57,449 nucleotides of DNA from an uncultured Clostridia bacterium (GCA_934254715.1 CAKQLT010000003.1:1-57449); one strand, 5' to 3'. Positions 1-8,676 are shown, counted from the first letter of the stretch. The notes: generated from the letters alone by a model not told the origin. Translations and numbers: made by a program.

Positions 1-114
1 TGTGCAATCTTGTAGAGAAATGTCGTATGTTTGAGCAATAGGGGAAAGCCCGAAGGGAAGGGGTGATGTGTGATTTAGGGTTCACGCACTACACTTTTGT
101 AAAGGAAGAACAAC

Positions 115-145
115 CCCCGTGAGGACGGGGAAAGTTTTGATTTTT
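115..145 (+). terminator. Weak terminator-like hairpin CCCCGT-GAGG-ACGGGG followed by AAAGTTTTGATTTTT
   Basis: 6-bp GC-rich stem at 115..130 with an interrupted T-rich tail. It immediately follows the conserved 17-mer at 97..113. The upstream transcript is outside the window. Confidence 0.35.
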
Positions 146-149
146 CTTA

Positions 150-178
150 AAAAAGCCGCTCGTTTGAGCGGCTTTTTC
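150..178. terminator. Bidirectional rho-independent terminator
   Basis: AAAAAGCCGCTC-GTTT-GAGCGGCTTTTT: A-run, GC stem, T-run. It lies ~40 nt downstream of the stop of the minus-strand CDS 219..956 and also closes any plus-strand transcript entering the window. Confidence 0.8.
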
Positions 179-218
179 CTATGTTATTATCATAACAAAT
201 AATTTACATTCCGAAACG

Positions 219-956
219 TCAAATCTCGCGGACGTAGGGCGAACTCTTGACTTTCGGCATTGGCTCGTCAAGGCCGAAGTGCGAAGCAAACGACTTGAAT
301 ATCGGCACTGACACCATACATTTGTCCAAAAGTTTCGAGAACGCACTTATAAGCGTGCCGTTGAAAATCGTCATTACGAGCGTTCCCCAGTTGATACCCA
401 CGAATTTTTTGAAGAAGACGAGCGTCATAGTCGTGCCGAGGGCAAGCATAAACAAATCGAAACAAGTTTTGAAAACGGCGGTTTTTATGCGGTATTTTTT
501 GCTTATTCCCATAAAGAACAAGTCGTACACTTCGGGATACAAGTACGTTTTCATAAACAACGCAATGGAAAACGCCGACATAGGCACGCCGAGAATAAAC
601 ATCACGATTCTCGCCCAAAGGTCCATACTTCCCGGGGGCGTTATCGTCGGATTGAACAAGGGAATGAGCCTAAAAAGGTCCAAAACCGCGCCGTATATGA
701 GGCAGGTGACGAACGAGGACAGATAGGAAAGGCGAAATTTTTTCATTATTATGCAAAACAGCACGAAAAGTATGCCTTGCAACACGTATTCCGCTTGTCC
801 GAAGGTGAGATTGGGCACGACGAGGCTCAAAATGTATGCGGGGGCGACAATCATCGATATGCCGAAGTCCACGCTCGTGAGCATAGCGACGGAAAACGCA
901 AGCAGAATTATTGCCGCAAGATAGACGACTTCGCTGGGAAGTTTCAACTTTTTCAT
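219..956 (-). CDS. Small polytopic membrane protein, possibly YczE/DUF6198-like
   Basis: 245-codon ORF with several hydrophobic helices (VVYLAAIILLAFSVAMLTSV, ILFVLFCIIMKKF, IVMFILGVPMSAFSIALF, LFMLALGTTMTLVFF). GAGG lies 4 nt upstream of the ATG. The family assignment is from memory only and is weak. Confidence 0.85.
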   Translation of the reverse strand: MKKLKLPSEVVYLAAIILLAFSVAMLTSVDFGISMIVAPAYILSLVVPNLTFGQAEYVLQGILFVLFCIIMKKFRLSYLSSFVTCLIYGAVLDLFRLIPLFNPTITPPGSMDLWARIVMFILGVPMSAFSIALFMKTYLYPEVYDLFFMGISKKYRIKTAVFKTCFDLFMLALGTTMTLVFFKKFVGINWGTLVMTIFNGTLISAFSKLLDKCMVSVPIFKSFASHFGLDEPMPKVKSSPYVREI

Positions 957-982
957 AATACCTCAAAAGTGTTTTTTGCCAT

Positions 983-1010
983 AAAAAAACACAGCGCGTA
1001 GCGTTGTGTG
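983..1010 (-). promoter_or_regulatory. Terminator-like hairpin plus U7 inside the 5' leader of CDS 219..956 (possible attenuator)
   Basis: The minus-strand RNA reads ACACAACGC-UAC-GCGCUGUGU followed by UUUUUUU. That is 8 bp with one A/C mismatch and a 3-nt loop. It lies between the predicted promoter (1061..1089) and the SD/ATG at 956. Confidence 0.4.
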
Positions 1011-1060
1011 GCGAAAAGGTGACGTCCGTCCGGAAAAGTCCACATAAGGTTTTCATAGAG

Positions 1061-1089
1061 TTTATAGCACACTTTTCAGAATATGTCAA
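1061..1089 (-). promoter_or_regulatory. Sigma-A type promoter for CDS 219..956
   Basis: On the minus strand: TTGACA (1089..1084), 17 nt, TGc-TATAAA (extended -10, 1069..1061). Predicted TSS is near 1054, giving a ~98-nt leader. Confidence 0.5.
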
Positions 1090-1135
1090 CGGCGGATTTT
1101 TTGCGATAATAGTCGAAAAGCGTCGATTTTGGTTG

Positions 1136-1164
1136 TTGCACAAGTGTAGGATATGTGCTAAAAT
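1136..1164 (+). promoter_or_regulatory. Sigma-A type promoter for the esterase gene
   Basis: TTGCAC (1136..1141), 17 nt, TGc-TAAAAT (extended -10, 1156..1164). It is divergent from the promoter at 1061..1089. Confidence 0.5.
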
Positions 1165-1202
1165 ACGTTTATAATAAATATCATCTTAAAGGGGTGTACA
1201 TT

Positions 1203-2117
1203 ATGACATTTGCGCAATTTTTGTTCGTGGCAATCGACAAGATGTTCGACGGCTCGCAAAACAACAAGAAAATGCTTCGCTTCAAAGACGTGAAGTTCGA
1301 GATAGAAACGGATATTGCCTACGGCAAGGACGACGCCGAAAAACTCGACACTTACTACGTCAAAAAAGACGGAAACGAAAAATATCCCGTGTTCTTCTAC
1401 ATTCACGGCGGCGGCTTCGTGGCGGGCGACAAACACTACCGCAGAGGTCTTGCCAAATGGGCGGCAAACAAAGGCTTCTTCGTCGTGAACGTAAACTATG
1501 GTCTCGGCCCGAAATATCTGTTCCCGAAGGGAATACAACACCTCGTGAACGCACTCAACTGGGTGGGCGCAAATGCCGAAAAGTACAATCTCGACCTCGA
1601 CAATATGTGCGTATCGGGCGACTCTGCCGGCGGCTATTATTCGGCAATGCTCTCTTGCGTTTCCACAAACAAGGATTTGCAAACCAGATTCGGCGTCAGC
1701 ACCGACCTTAAATTCCGCACCGCTATGCTCGACTGCGGCATTTACGACATCGGCGAGGCTCTCGGACAAAAAATGCCCTTCAACCTCACGGACAAAATCC
1801 TCTTTGATTTCAGCGGAATCCACGTCAAAGAACTCGACAAATACGAATATTCCGACGTTCTCGCGCCGTTCGGCTTCGTAAACGAGCAATTCCCGATAAG
1901 TTTCATCACCTATGCGGAAAAAGATATGTTCTGCAAAGGACAAGGACAAAAACTCGTCAAAAAACTTCAAGACCTCGGCGTACACGTAGAGGAACATCAC
2001 AGCACCAAGTTCTTTGACAACCATTGCTATCCGCTCAACTGGAACAAGGGCGCGGCAATCGAAAATATCCGTCTTTGCGACGACTTCCTCAAACGCGTCG
2101 TCGAGAAAAGGGTTTAA
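1203..2117 (+). CDS. Alpha/beta hydrolase, hormone-sensitive-lipase-like esterase/lipase (fold-3 family)
   Basis: HGGGF oxyanion motif (FFYIHGGGFVAGD) and GDSAGG nucleophile elbow (VSGDSAGGYY). I prefer the ATG at 1203 to the track start 1155 because the SD AAGGGG ends 8 nt upstream of it. Confidence 0.9.
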   Translation: MTFAQFLFVAIDKMFDGSQNNKKMLRFKDVKFEIETDIAYGKDDAEKLDTYYVKKDGNEKYPVFFYIHGGGFVAGDKHYRRGLAKWAANKGFFVVNVNYGLGPKYLFPKGIQHLVNALNWVGANAEKYNLDLDNMCVSGDSAGGYYSAMLSCVSTNKDLQTRFGVSTDLKFRTAMLDCGIYDIGEALGQKMPFNLTDKILFDFSGIHVKELDKYEYSDVLAPFGFVNEQFPISFITYAEKDMFCKGQGQKLVKKLQDLGVHVEEHHSTKFFDNHCYPLNWNKGAAIENIRLCDDFLKRVVEKRV

Positions 2118-2149
2118 CGACGTTTATCGATAAAAACATAAAAAATTCG

Positions 2150-2180
2150 TTCATATGCGTCGATTTTCGGCGCATATGAA
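2150..2180 (+). terminator. 13-bp hairpin after the esterase gene (terminator and/or operator overlapping the next promoter)
   Basis: TTCATATGCGTCG-ATTTT-CGGCGCATATGAA. The T-tail is only moderately U-rich. It is followed by an extended -10-like TGgTATATAAT at 2183..2193, upstream of the lipoprotein gene. Confidence 0.5.
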
Positions 2181-2234
2181 TGTGGTATATAATATTTTAT
2201 AATAATTAAACCAAATAAATTGAGGAGATAATTG

Positions 2235-2825
2235 ATGAAAAACAGGTTTGTTTTTACCATTTTTCTTGCAACAATATTGATTTTTTCGATATTTACGTTT
2301 TCGGCGTGCAATCAACCCCCCGAAGAATACCGATTAAAAAATTTTTACGGAACTTATGATAAACCTGCAACGGACACATATGATGTGCAAATTTATCATA
2401 TCGAAGAAAATGTTGAAAATTGCACGTCAAGGATATGGCGTATCTTATCTATTGACGGAAGTAATTTTTCGTATAGAAAACCGTTTACAAACGAAATAGT
2501 TGAAGATACATACGATCCTTTAATACTTGCCGAGATAAAGGCTCTAATGGAAAAGTTCGGTTCGTCCGTTACTGTCGAGAAAAAACAAATTGTCTTAAAT
2601 GATCCAAATATAGTGATACAATACAACAAAACACAGTATTATGAAGATTCGGAATATCAAACTTTAGCGTTGATTCAAAATAAAGACGAGGTAGGTTGCG
2701 GACGTTATATCGATATTGACGATGAAAAAAATGTAAAAGTGTTTTGTGCATTTTTAACATCGACTGCGGTTGATGAAAACGGTGTTGAATTTACTATTCA
2801 CGTCAATAAGTATTTTAAGAAGTGA
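2235..2825 (+). CDS. Hypothetical lipoprotein
   Basis: N-terminus MKNRFVFTIFLATILIFSIFTFSAC has a lipobox (F-S-A-C, Cys25). The SD GAGGAG at 2222..2227 favours the ATG at 2235 over the TTG at 2232. The rest has no recognisable domain. Low GC. Confidence 0.8.
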   Translation: MKNRFVFTIFLATILIFSIFTFSACNQPPEEYRLKNFYGTYDKPATDTYDVQIYHIEENVENCTSRIWRILSIDGSNFSYRKPFTNEIVEDTYDPLILAEIKALMEKFGSSVTVEKKQIVLNDPNIVIQYNKTQYYEDSEYQTLALIQNKDEVGCGRYIDIDDEKNVKVFCAFLTSTAVDENGVEFTIHVNKYFKK

Positions 2826-2838
2826 GAGGGAGAAAGTT

Positions 2839-5800
2839 ATGAAAAAAAGTGTATCGTTAATTAAATCAAAGACAATATTGGTCGTATTGATTATGCTTGT
2901 TTCGATAGGTGTGCTTTTTGCACTTGTGTTATGCAGTCCTACGGAAACTGCATATGCAGATAGTAATACCGAAGATGTAACGGAATTATGCCGCAAATAT
3001 ACAAACACAATATCACCAAACGGTATAGATTTTAATCAGTATAGAGACGATTTTATTTCACATACAGTTAATCACACTATAATAATAAGTGGTGGAACTG
3101 CTGGCTATCTTGTGAAAGGATCTATGCACGGTGCATTTTCCACTTACTCGGGTTCGAATTATGTCGTTAATGCAGAGATTGAAAAAGACGACAATATCAT
3201 AAAACTAATTCCGAAAGCATTATTTACATATGTAAATAAAACGATTTTTGTCGGGAAGGCATACGGATTTGCAATTATTACGGAACAACTGACAGATACG
3301 GTTTTGAAAAGCACCGTTATCCTTTTGAACGTTACCGGAAGTGTTTCGGATTATCTTGCGGATATCAAGGTGGAAGTTGCGTGTACTCTTGATTTTGTAT
3401 ATATTAATCAAACTGCTGCTATTTCATTGCCGACGGTATCCACCGGTACTACCAAAAATATTTTTTGCACATTTAGACTTTTGAATGGGATTACATCTGC
3501 GATTGTGCCTCTGCCAAAGATTCAGACCTTAAATGGTAGTACGAACTTGAGTTATGTTGAATCCGATGATTATATGCTCGGCAATATCTCGTTCGCGGGA
3601 CAGATTCGCAACCAAAACGATTATAATATCGGCGACGCACAATACGACGTTAACAACGACTATGGCTACTTTTTCATAGGAAATAATTATAAGTATTCTA
3701 TAACTAAATATGTTGGACAATCTCACAAAAACACATCCGAGTTGCCGGAGGCTATTATTAAAGCGGGCATTGATATTTTGAAAGCAAAAGACCTGTGGGT
3801 ATTTGAGCCGCCGTCTTTGTTTACTGTTGCACAAAACGTGGTTGACATTTGTCAAATATTGAGTTCTATCAGCACACAAATCGAGTGCGTCAAAACGTCA
3901 GATGGAAAAGCATATTCACCTAAGTATTTCCCAAACACAAGACAGACGCAAAGAGCAGCGTTCGGCGCTCTTGTAAGGACTGCACATTTAATCTTGCAAC
4001 CGACAGATGATGATGCCGCGTATTTTAAAAAGGGAAATTATGCAAACGCACAATTCAATTATTCGCATACGGACGGAAAGACACAATACACACAATTCGA
4101 GTTTTCTGTCGGTGCAAATATTTATCGCGGTAGCGACAGAGAAATCGCCGGGGCTGTCGTTTCGCCGTCCGCTTACTATGATATCAACGAACCGCAGACA
4201 AATGCATTGTCAACTGTCGGTGACGTAAATTATTATATGTTGCCGTACGGAAGTCAAAGTTTTTCGTTTGCGCCATACAACGGCAAGTTTGTCGTTACGT
4301 CGCTCGATGACAATATAGATTTGTATGCCAACGGAAAAAAGATTGCAAAAAGCAACGGAACGTACACGTTTGCACTTAATACAAATCAAAAAATTGTCTT
4401 GAAAAATAAAAGTGCCACTTCAAAAGAAGGACAATTCAAGTTTGACGTTAAGAGCGTTTCAACCACCGCCGAAACTGTCGGCTTGCAAAGCGGTAAGTCG
4501 AGTGTGGTAAAGTTCCAACCAACCGAAACGGGTATATACAAATTTGCAGTAAACGGTGCGCAAATTCAAGACATATTAACAAATCAATATAACGGCGAAT
4601 TGGAACACGCAAGGACTCTTAATTCGTCTTTTGTCAAGAGCGCAACGATGTCGATTGTTTGCAAGAAGAATGCAAGTTATTACATTATAATAAAGGGCGA
4701 TAATACCGCAACGAGTGCGAGCGTCACTGCATCGAAAGATAATGCTTCTTGGTCGGTCGGCACAAACGGATCTTTTGTGTCGGGCGCAAATATTTCGTAT
4801 CATCTGTTTACTGCGCCTGCCGGCTCAAGCAAAACAGAGTATGTTGTGACCTTTGAAAATGCGCAAAACTTGAATTATATTGTTGTAAACGATAATGCGG
4901 ATTTTTGCGACTTCGTTTATAAGTCCGACGGATATCTGCGTATTAGAAATGTTGAACCGAACAAAAAATACTACGTCGGCGTTTATAGCGAACAAGGAAA
5001 TTCCGTGATTCCTACGGTTAAGAAAAACACCGCCGATATTTATACTTGGAAAATCACGCAAAACGGGACTGTAATCAACCCGACATCGTCGGGTATGTAT
5101 TTATTGCCGAGAGATGCGACATACAAAGTGAGTTTGTATGTAAACGGTAAGTATAAATATAACGACCTTATCAAAACGTCCGATTCTCTTGTCAATTTGG
5201 TTGCGGATTCTATGAGTTTCAACACTACGGACGGAACATTGCAATTAACGGCGGCGCGCGATATCGACTCGCATTTGACAATAAGTGCCGAGGGTGTCGA
5301 CAGCGTTGTATTAAGCGTCAAAACAACGTTTAATCCAAACGAAATCGGCATTGCGAGTGTCAATATGGTCAATGCAATCGATGTTACGTTTAAAAAATCC
5401 GACTACATAACTTCGATTGATTATACCGTATCGGGACGTTCAAACACACAACAATTTACATATAGCGGTACGTCTACAAACGGAAAGTATACGGGCGGTT
5501 TGAAAGATTTGTTTAAGCAAGGTGCTGTCGGCGATGTGCAAATAGCCGTCACGCGCATTAAAATCAAAAACAAATATAGCGGAGACGTATTGACACGTAC
5601 GATTTCAAACGTAAAGCACACAATCAAATGCTCGGATACAGACATTTATAATGCTTTGCAGTTGTACAATATAAGAAACCACAGCGGCGATACCTTTACG
5701 TTGAAAAACAATATCGACGTTTCAACACTTGGTGTAAACTGGACACCGATTCCGTCGTTCAGCGGAAATTTAAAAGGGAAACTAAAGGTGATTTCGGGCG

Positions 5801-6480
5801 TCAAAATCAATATTCCGGCAACCATTACGGGCGACCGCAACTTCGGGCTTTTCGGAAAAATCGAAACAAACGGTACTGTTACGAGTTTGACAATCAAAAT
5901 TGATATCACCAGTGCGGTAAAACACGGTGATTCTTGGGTGAATGTCGGAGGAATCGCCGGTGCGAATTACGGTGGCATTTTGACCGTGTCCGTTCAAGGC
6001 AATCTCGTTTGCAATCGCAACAGATCCAATCTTGGCGGTCTGGTCGGGGCAAATTACAAGTCTATCGGATTGTCTTCGTTCAAAGGCACGGTTTACGGGA
6101 ACGGTGAACTCGGCGGTTGTGTCGGATATAATGTCGGAACGCTCAACAGAATCAACACATTAAATTCAACCGTAACACATTTCGTTGAGGGCGAAGCACA
6201 TTCCGTCGGCGGAGTTGTCGGATATTGCGCAGGTGGGGAACTGATATATAATTGCTTCAAAAATAGCACATTAAACGTCGGAAACAGCGGTGCAATCAGA
6301 AATATAAAAACGAGAATGGGTACGATTGTCGGACACTTGGAAAACTCTACAATGCAAAACAATTGCTATCAAAGCGATAGCACTTGGACGAGCGGAAGTA
6401 TAAAGGACACCACTTATTGCTTTAAATATGCAAGCGAACGAGTCGGAAAATTGGATAACAGTACTATCACCGAAACCTAA
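2839..6480 (+). CDS. Large secreted protein (1,213 aa) with C-terminal GLUG-motif repeats
   Basis: I prefer the ATG at 2839 (SD GAGGGA ~7 nt upstream, 13 nt after the previous stop) to the overlapping track start 2770. Signal peptide MKKSVSLIKSKTILVVLIMLVSIGVLFALVLCSPTETAYA with an AYA/DS cleavage site. C-terminal repeats are of the type VGGIAGANYGG, LGGLVGANY, LGGCVGYNVG, VGGVVGYCAGG. Confidence 0.9.
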   Translation: MKKSVSLIKSKTILVVLIMLVSIGVLFALVLCSPTETAYADSNTEDVTELCRKYTNTISPNGIDFNQYRDDFISHTVNHTIIISGGTAGYLVKGSMHGAFSTYSGSNYVVNAEIEKDDNIIKLIPKALFTYVNKTIFVGKAYGFAIITEQLTDTVLKSTVILLNVTGSVSDYLADIKVEVACTLDFVYINQTAAISLPTVSTGTTKNIFCTFRLLNGITSAIVPLPKIQTLNGSTNLSYVESDDYMLGNISFAGQIRNQNDYNIGDAQYDVNNDYGYFFIGNNYKYSITKYVGQSHKNTSELPEAIIKAGIDILKAKDLWVFEPPSLFTVAQNVVDICQILSSISTQIECVKTSDGKAYSPKYFPNTRQTQRAAFGALVRTAHLILQPTDDDAAYFKKGNYANAQFNYSHTDGKTQYTQFEFSVGANIYRGSDREIAGAVVSPSAYYDINEPQTNALSTVGDVNYYMLPYGSQSFSFAPYNGKFVVTSLDDNIDLYANGKKIAKSNGTYTFALNTNQKIVLKNKSATSKEGQFKFDVKSVSTTAETVGLQSGKSSVVKFQPTETGIYKFAVNGAQIQDILTNQYNGELEHARTLNSSFVKSATMSIVCKKNASYYIIIKGDNTATSASVTASKDNASWSVGTNGSFVSGANISYHLFTAPAGSSKTEYVVTFENAQNLNYIVVNDNADFCDFVYKSDGYLRIRNVEPNKKYYVGVYSEQGNSVIPTVKKNTADIYTWKITQNGTVINPTSSGMYLLPRDATYKVSLYVNGKYKYNDLIKTSDSLVNLVADSMSFNTTDGTLQLTAARDIDSHLTISAEGVDSVVLSVKTTFNPNEIGIASVNMVNAIDVTFKKSDYITSIDYTVSGRSNTQQFTYSGTSTNGKYTGGLKDLFKQGAVGDVQIAVTRIKIKNKYSGDVLTRTISNVKHTIKCSDTDIYNALQLYNIRNHSGDTFTLKNNIDVSTLGVNWTPIPSFSGNLKGKLKVISGVKINIPATITGDRNFGLFGKIETNGTVTSLTIKIDITSAVKHGDSWVNVGGIAGANYGGILTVSVQGNLVCNRNRSNLGGLVGANYKSIGLSSFKGTVYGNGELGGCVGYNVGTLNRINTLNSTVTHFVEGEAHSVGGVVGYCAGGELIYNCFKNSTLNVGNSGAIRNIKTRMGTIVGHLENSTMQNNCYQSDSTWTSGSIKDTTYCFKYASERVGKLDNSTITET
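5836..6372 (+). repeat. Six GLUG-like repeats within CDS 2839..6480
   Basis: The six units are NFGLFGKIETNGTVTSL, VGGIAGANYGGILTVSV, LGGLVGANYKSIGLSSF, LGGCVGYNVGTLNRINT, VGGVVGYCAGGELIYNCF and MGTIVGHLENSTMQNNCY. They match my memory of the Pfam GLUG motif (GGLVG...G.I.NC). Confidence 0.6.
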
Positions 6481-6581
6481 TATAAATAGAGGATAAATTT
6501 ATAGCAAAAGATAAAAAGGCGATTTTCAAGCCCAAAGCGCAAGAAGTTGCGCCGATTGACGACAAATACTCGCAAGAGGAA

Positions 6582-7142
6582 GTGGCGGCGGCAGAGCAAC
6601 TCGTACAAAGCGAAGAAAAAGACAAAAAGATGTCGGCGGTGCAGACCGCAAGCGCAATATGGACTTTGATTTGCACGTTGTATTCAATCGTGTCGGTGTG
6701 CACGTTCGTCGCAAAAAAGTGGGTGGATTCCACTTACACTTACGTATTGATTCCGTTGCTTGCGGTGCTTATAATCGTGTTTATCGTGCTCGTGGTGTTG
6801 ACCTTCAAGGACAAGAAAAAACTGAAAACGAGCATAAAGACCTACAAGAAAATTTTGGGCATATTCAAGGCGTTCGTCAACGTGTTTTTCCTCGTGCTGA
6901 CCGCCGTGTCTATGGCGGGTCTTGCGACGGGCGAAACGAGCCTCGTCAAGTGGATTGTATTCGGTGCGACGTTCCTCGTCGCACTCGTGCAACTCGCGCT
7001 TAAAATAACCAAATTCGTTATGAAACAAGTGCGCGCGGCGGTGAGCAAAAAGTACAAAGTGGAAGTGCAGCGTTTCGTTGACGGAAAGAAGAAAAGAAAG
7101 ACCGTCGCCGATTCCGTGCAAGAACACGGCTACAAGCAATAA
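6582..7142 (+). CDS. Hypothetical membrane protein (about 4 TM helices, Lys-rich tail)
   Basis: TM segments include IWTLICTLYSIVSVCTFV, VLIPLLAVLIIVFIVLVVL, FVNVFFLVLTAVSMAGL and IVFGATFLVALVQLAL. The start is uncertain (GTG 6582 per the track, or ATG 6630). The frame is open from 6486 but has no canonical start there. Confidence 0.75.
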   Translation: MAAAEQLVQSEEKDKKMSAVQTASAIWTLICTLYSIVSVCTFVAKKWVDSTYTYVLIPLLAVLIIVFIVLVVLTFKDKKKLKTSIKTYKKILGIFKAFVNVFFLVLTAVSMAGLATGETSLVKWIVFGATFLVALVQLALKITKFVMKQVRAAVSKKYKVEVQRFVDGKKKRKTVADSVQEHGYKQ

Positions 7143-7224
7143 TCGCTTAAAAGCACAAAAAATCATAGAGATTTTTAAAACGCAATTTTGCGATAAAATA
7201 GCAACAAACAACGTTTATATATGC

Positions 7225-7260
7225 AAAACCGACGCGTAAAGCGTCGGTTTTGTGTTTTTT
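7225..7260. terminator. Bidirectional rho-independent terminator between convergent genes
   Basis: AAAACCGACGC-GTAAA-GCGTCGGTTTTGTGTTTTTT. Confidence 0.8.
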
Positions 7261-7389
7261 GATTGTAAATTCATTAATTAAAAGTTTGTGTTTCGATAGG
7301 GCATTTCAACGCTTGACGAGGCACGTTTAATTGCATTTTTAACGTTCCGCAACGAGTGCAGTTGCGACGTCGTTTCGAGTTTTTACGGG

Positions 7390-8634
7390 TTATTCGATTG
7401 AGAAAAATCTGTCGACAAGTTCCCACGATTTGTCGAGATATACGCCGCTTGCTTTTGCGGCTTTTTCGTTGAATGTGCGGTTTTCGAGGCTCTCGTTTTC
7501 GGTGCAAAGCGAGTAGTACGCGCTTGCCGTTTTCGACGAGAAAAGCATAAACGGAACGGGCTCGTTCGTATGCTTGCGCAAGGACACCGGCGTGAAGTGG
7601 TCGGGAAGTACGAGCAGTGCAAAATCTTCGCCGTTTTGCGCAAAGTGCGATACGATGGGCGACACGATTTTTTCGTCGATAAGTTCGATTGCCTTGACCT
7701 TGCCGAAAGCGTCGCCTTGATGTCCGCACTCATCCGTCGCTTCGATGTGAACGAAGCAAAAGTCCTCGCCGTTTTCAAGCGCGTTTATCGCCGCTTGCGC
7801 CTTGCCGTCGAAGTTGGTGTCAAGCGTTCCGTTTGCGCCCTCGACGTCGATTGAATCCATACCGCTGCCGATGGCTATGCCTTTTAGCAAATCCACCGCG
7901 CTTATCATTGCGCCTTTTTTGCCGTACTCGTCCTCAAAGTTCGGAATTGACGGCTTCGTGCCTTCGCCCCAAAACCATATCGCGTTTGCGGGGGTTTCGC
8001 CGCGTGCGATTCGGCGTTGGTTGACGGGGTGGTCTTTCAAGAGTTCGTACGAGTTTTCGATAAACGCCGTAAGGTCTTTTCCGAGTTCGCCTTTGGGCAG
8101 ATATTCGCCTATACGTCTGTCGCTTATTTCGTGCGGCGGCGTAAGGTCGTTGCCCGTTTTTGCGTGCGAAACTATGAGGCAGTTGCGATAACTCGTGCCG
8201 ACGTAAAATTTGTATTTGTCCGAAGAAAGATTGTCGACGACGCAGTTCATAAGTTCGCGCGCTTCGTCCGCGCTTATTTCGCCCGCGCTGTAATCGAGCA
8301 TAATTTTGTCCTCGAAAGGCTCGTCTTGCGAGAGCGTGACGAGATTCGTGCGCATAGCAAGGTCGTCGGCTTTCATATCTATGCCGATTGAAAGTGCTTC
8401 GAGGGGACTTCTGCCCGTATAGCAAGCGCGCGCGTCGAATCCGAGTACGCCGAGATTTGCCACGTCGCTGCCGGGTGCGAGTCCGTCGGGAACGGTTTTC
8501 ACAAGCCCGATTTGCGCCGTCTGCGCCAAAGCGTCCATATTCGGTGTGCGAGCGGCTTCGAGCGGCGTTTTTCCGCCAAGCGCTTCGACGGGATAGTCCG
8601 CCATACCGTCGCAAAGTATCAAAGCGTATTTCAT
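7390..8634 (-). CDS. apgM: Cofactor-independent phosphoglycerate mutase, archaeal-type (ApgM family metalloenzyme)
   Basis: N-terminus MKYALILCDGMADYPVEALGGKTPLEAARTPNMDALA and the HIEATDECGHQGD motif are typical of the ApgM/PhosphMutase family. SD AAGGGGG lies upstream of the ATG. Confidence 0.93.
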   Translation of the reverse strand: MKYALILCDGMADYPVEALGGKTPLEAARTPNMDALAQTAQIGLVKTVPDGLAPGSDVANLGVLGFDARACYTGRSPLEALSIGIDMKADDLAMRTNLVTLSQDEPFEDKIMLDYSAGEISADEARELMNCVVDNLSSDKYKFYVGTSYRNCLIVSHAKTGNDLTPPHEISDRRIGEYLPKGELGKDLTAFIENSYELLKDHPVNQRRIARGETPANAIWFWGEGTKPSIPNFEDEYGKKGAMISAVDLLKGIAIGSGMDSIDVEGANGTLDTNFDGKAQAAINALENGEDFCFVHIEATDECGHQGDAFGKVKAIELIDEKIVSPIVSHFAQNGEDFALLVLPDHFTPVSLRKHTNEPVPFMLFSSKTASAYYSLCTENESLENRTFNEKAAKASGVYLDKSWELVDRFFSIE

Positions 8635-8676
8635 TTGACACCCCCTTTGCGGTTATGATAATTCTTTCACTTGCAT

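Noticed and set aside
6486-6581. An N-terminal extension of the membrane protein gene. The frame is open from 6486, with an SD-like AGAGGA at 6488..6493.
   Set aside because: The only codons at suitable spacing are ATA (6501) and ATT (6522), both very rare initiators. I kept the GTG 6582 / ATG 6630 alternatives and flagged the start as uncertain.
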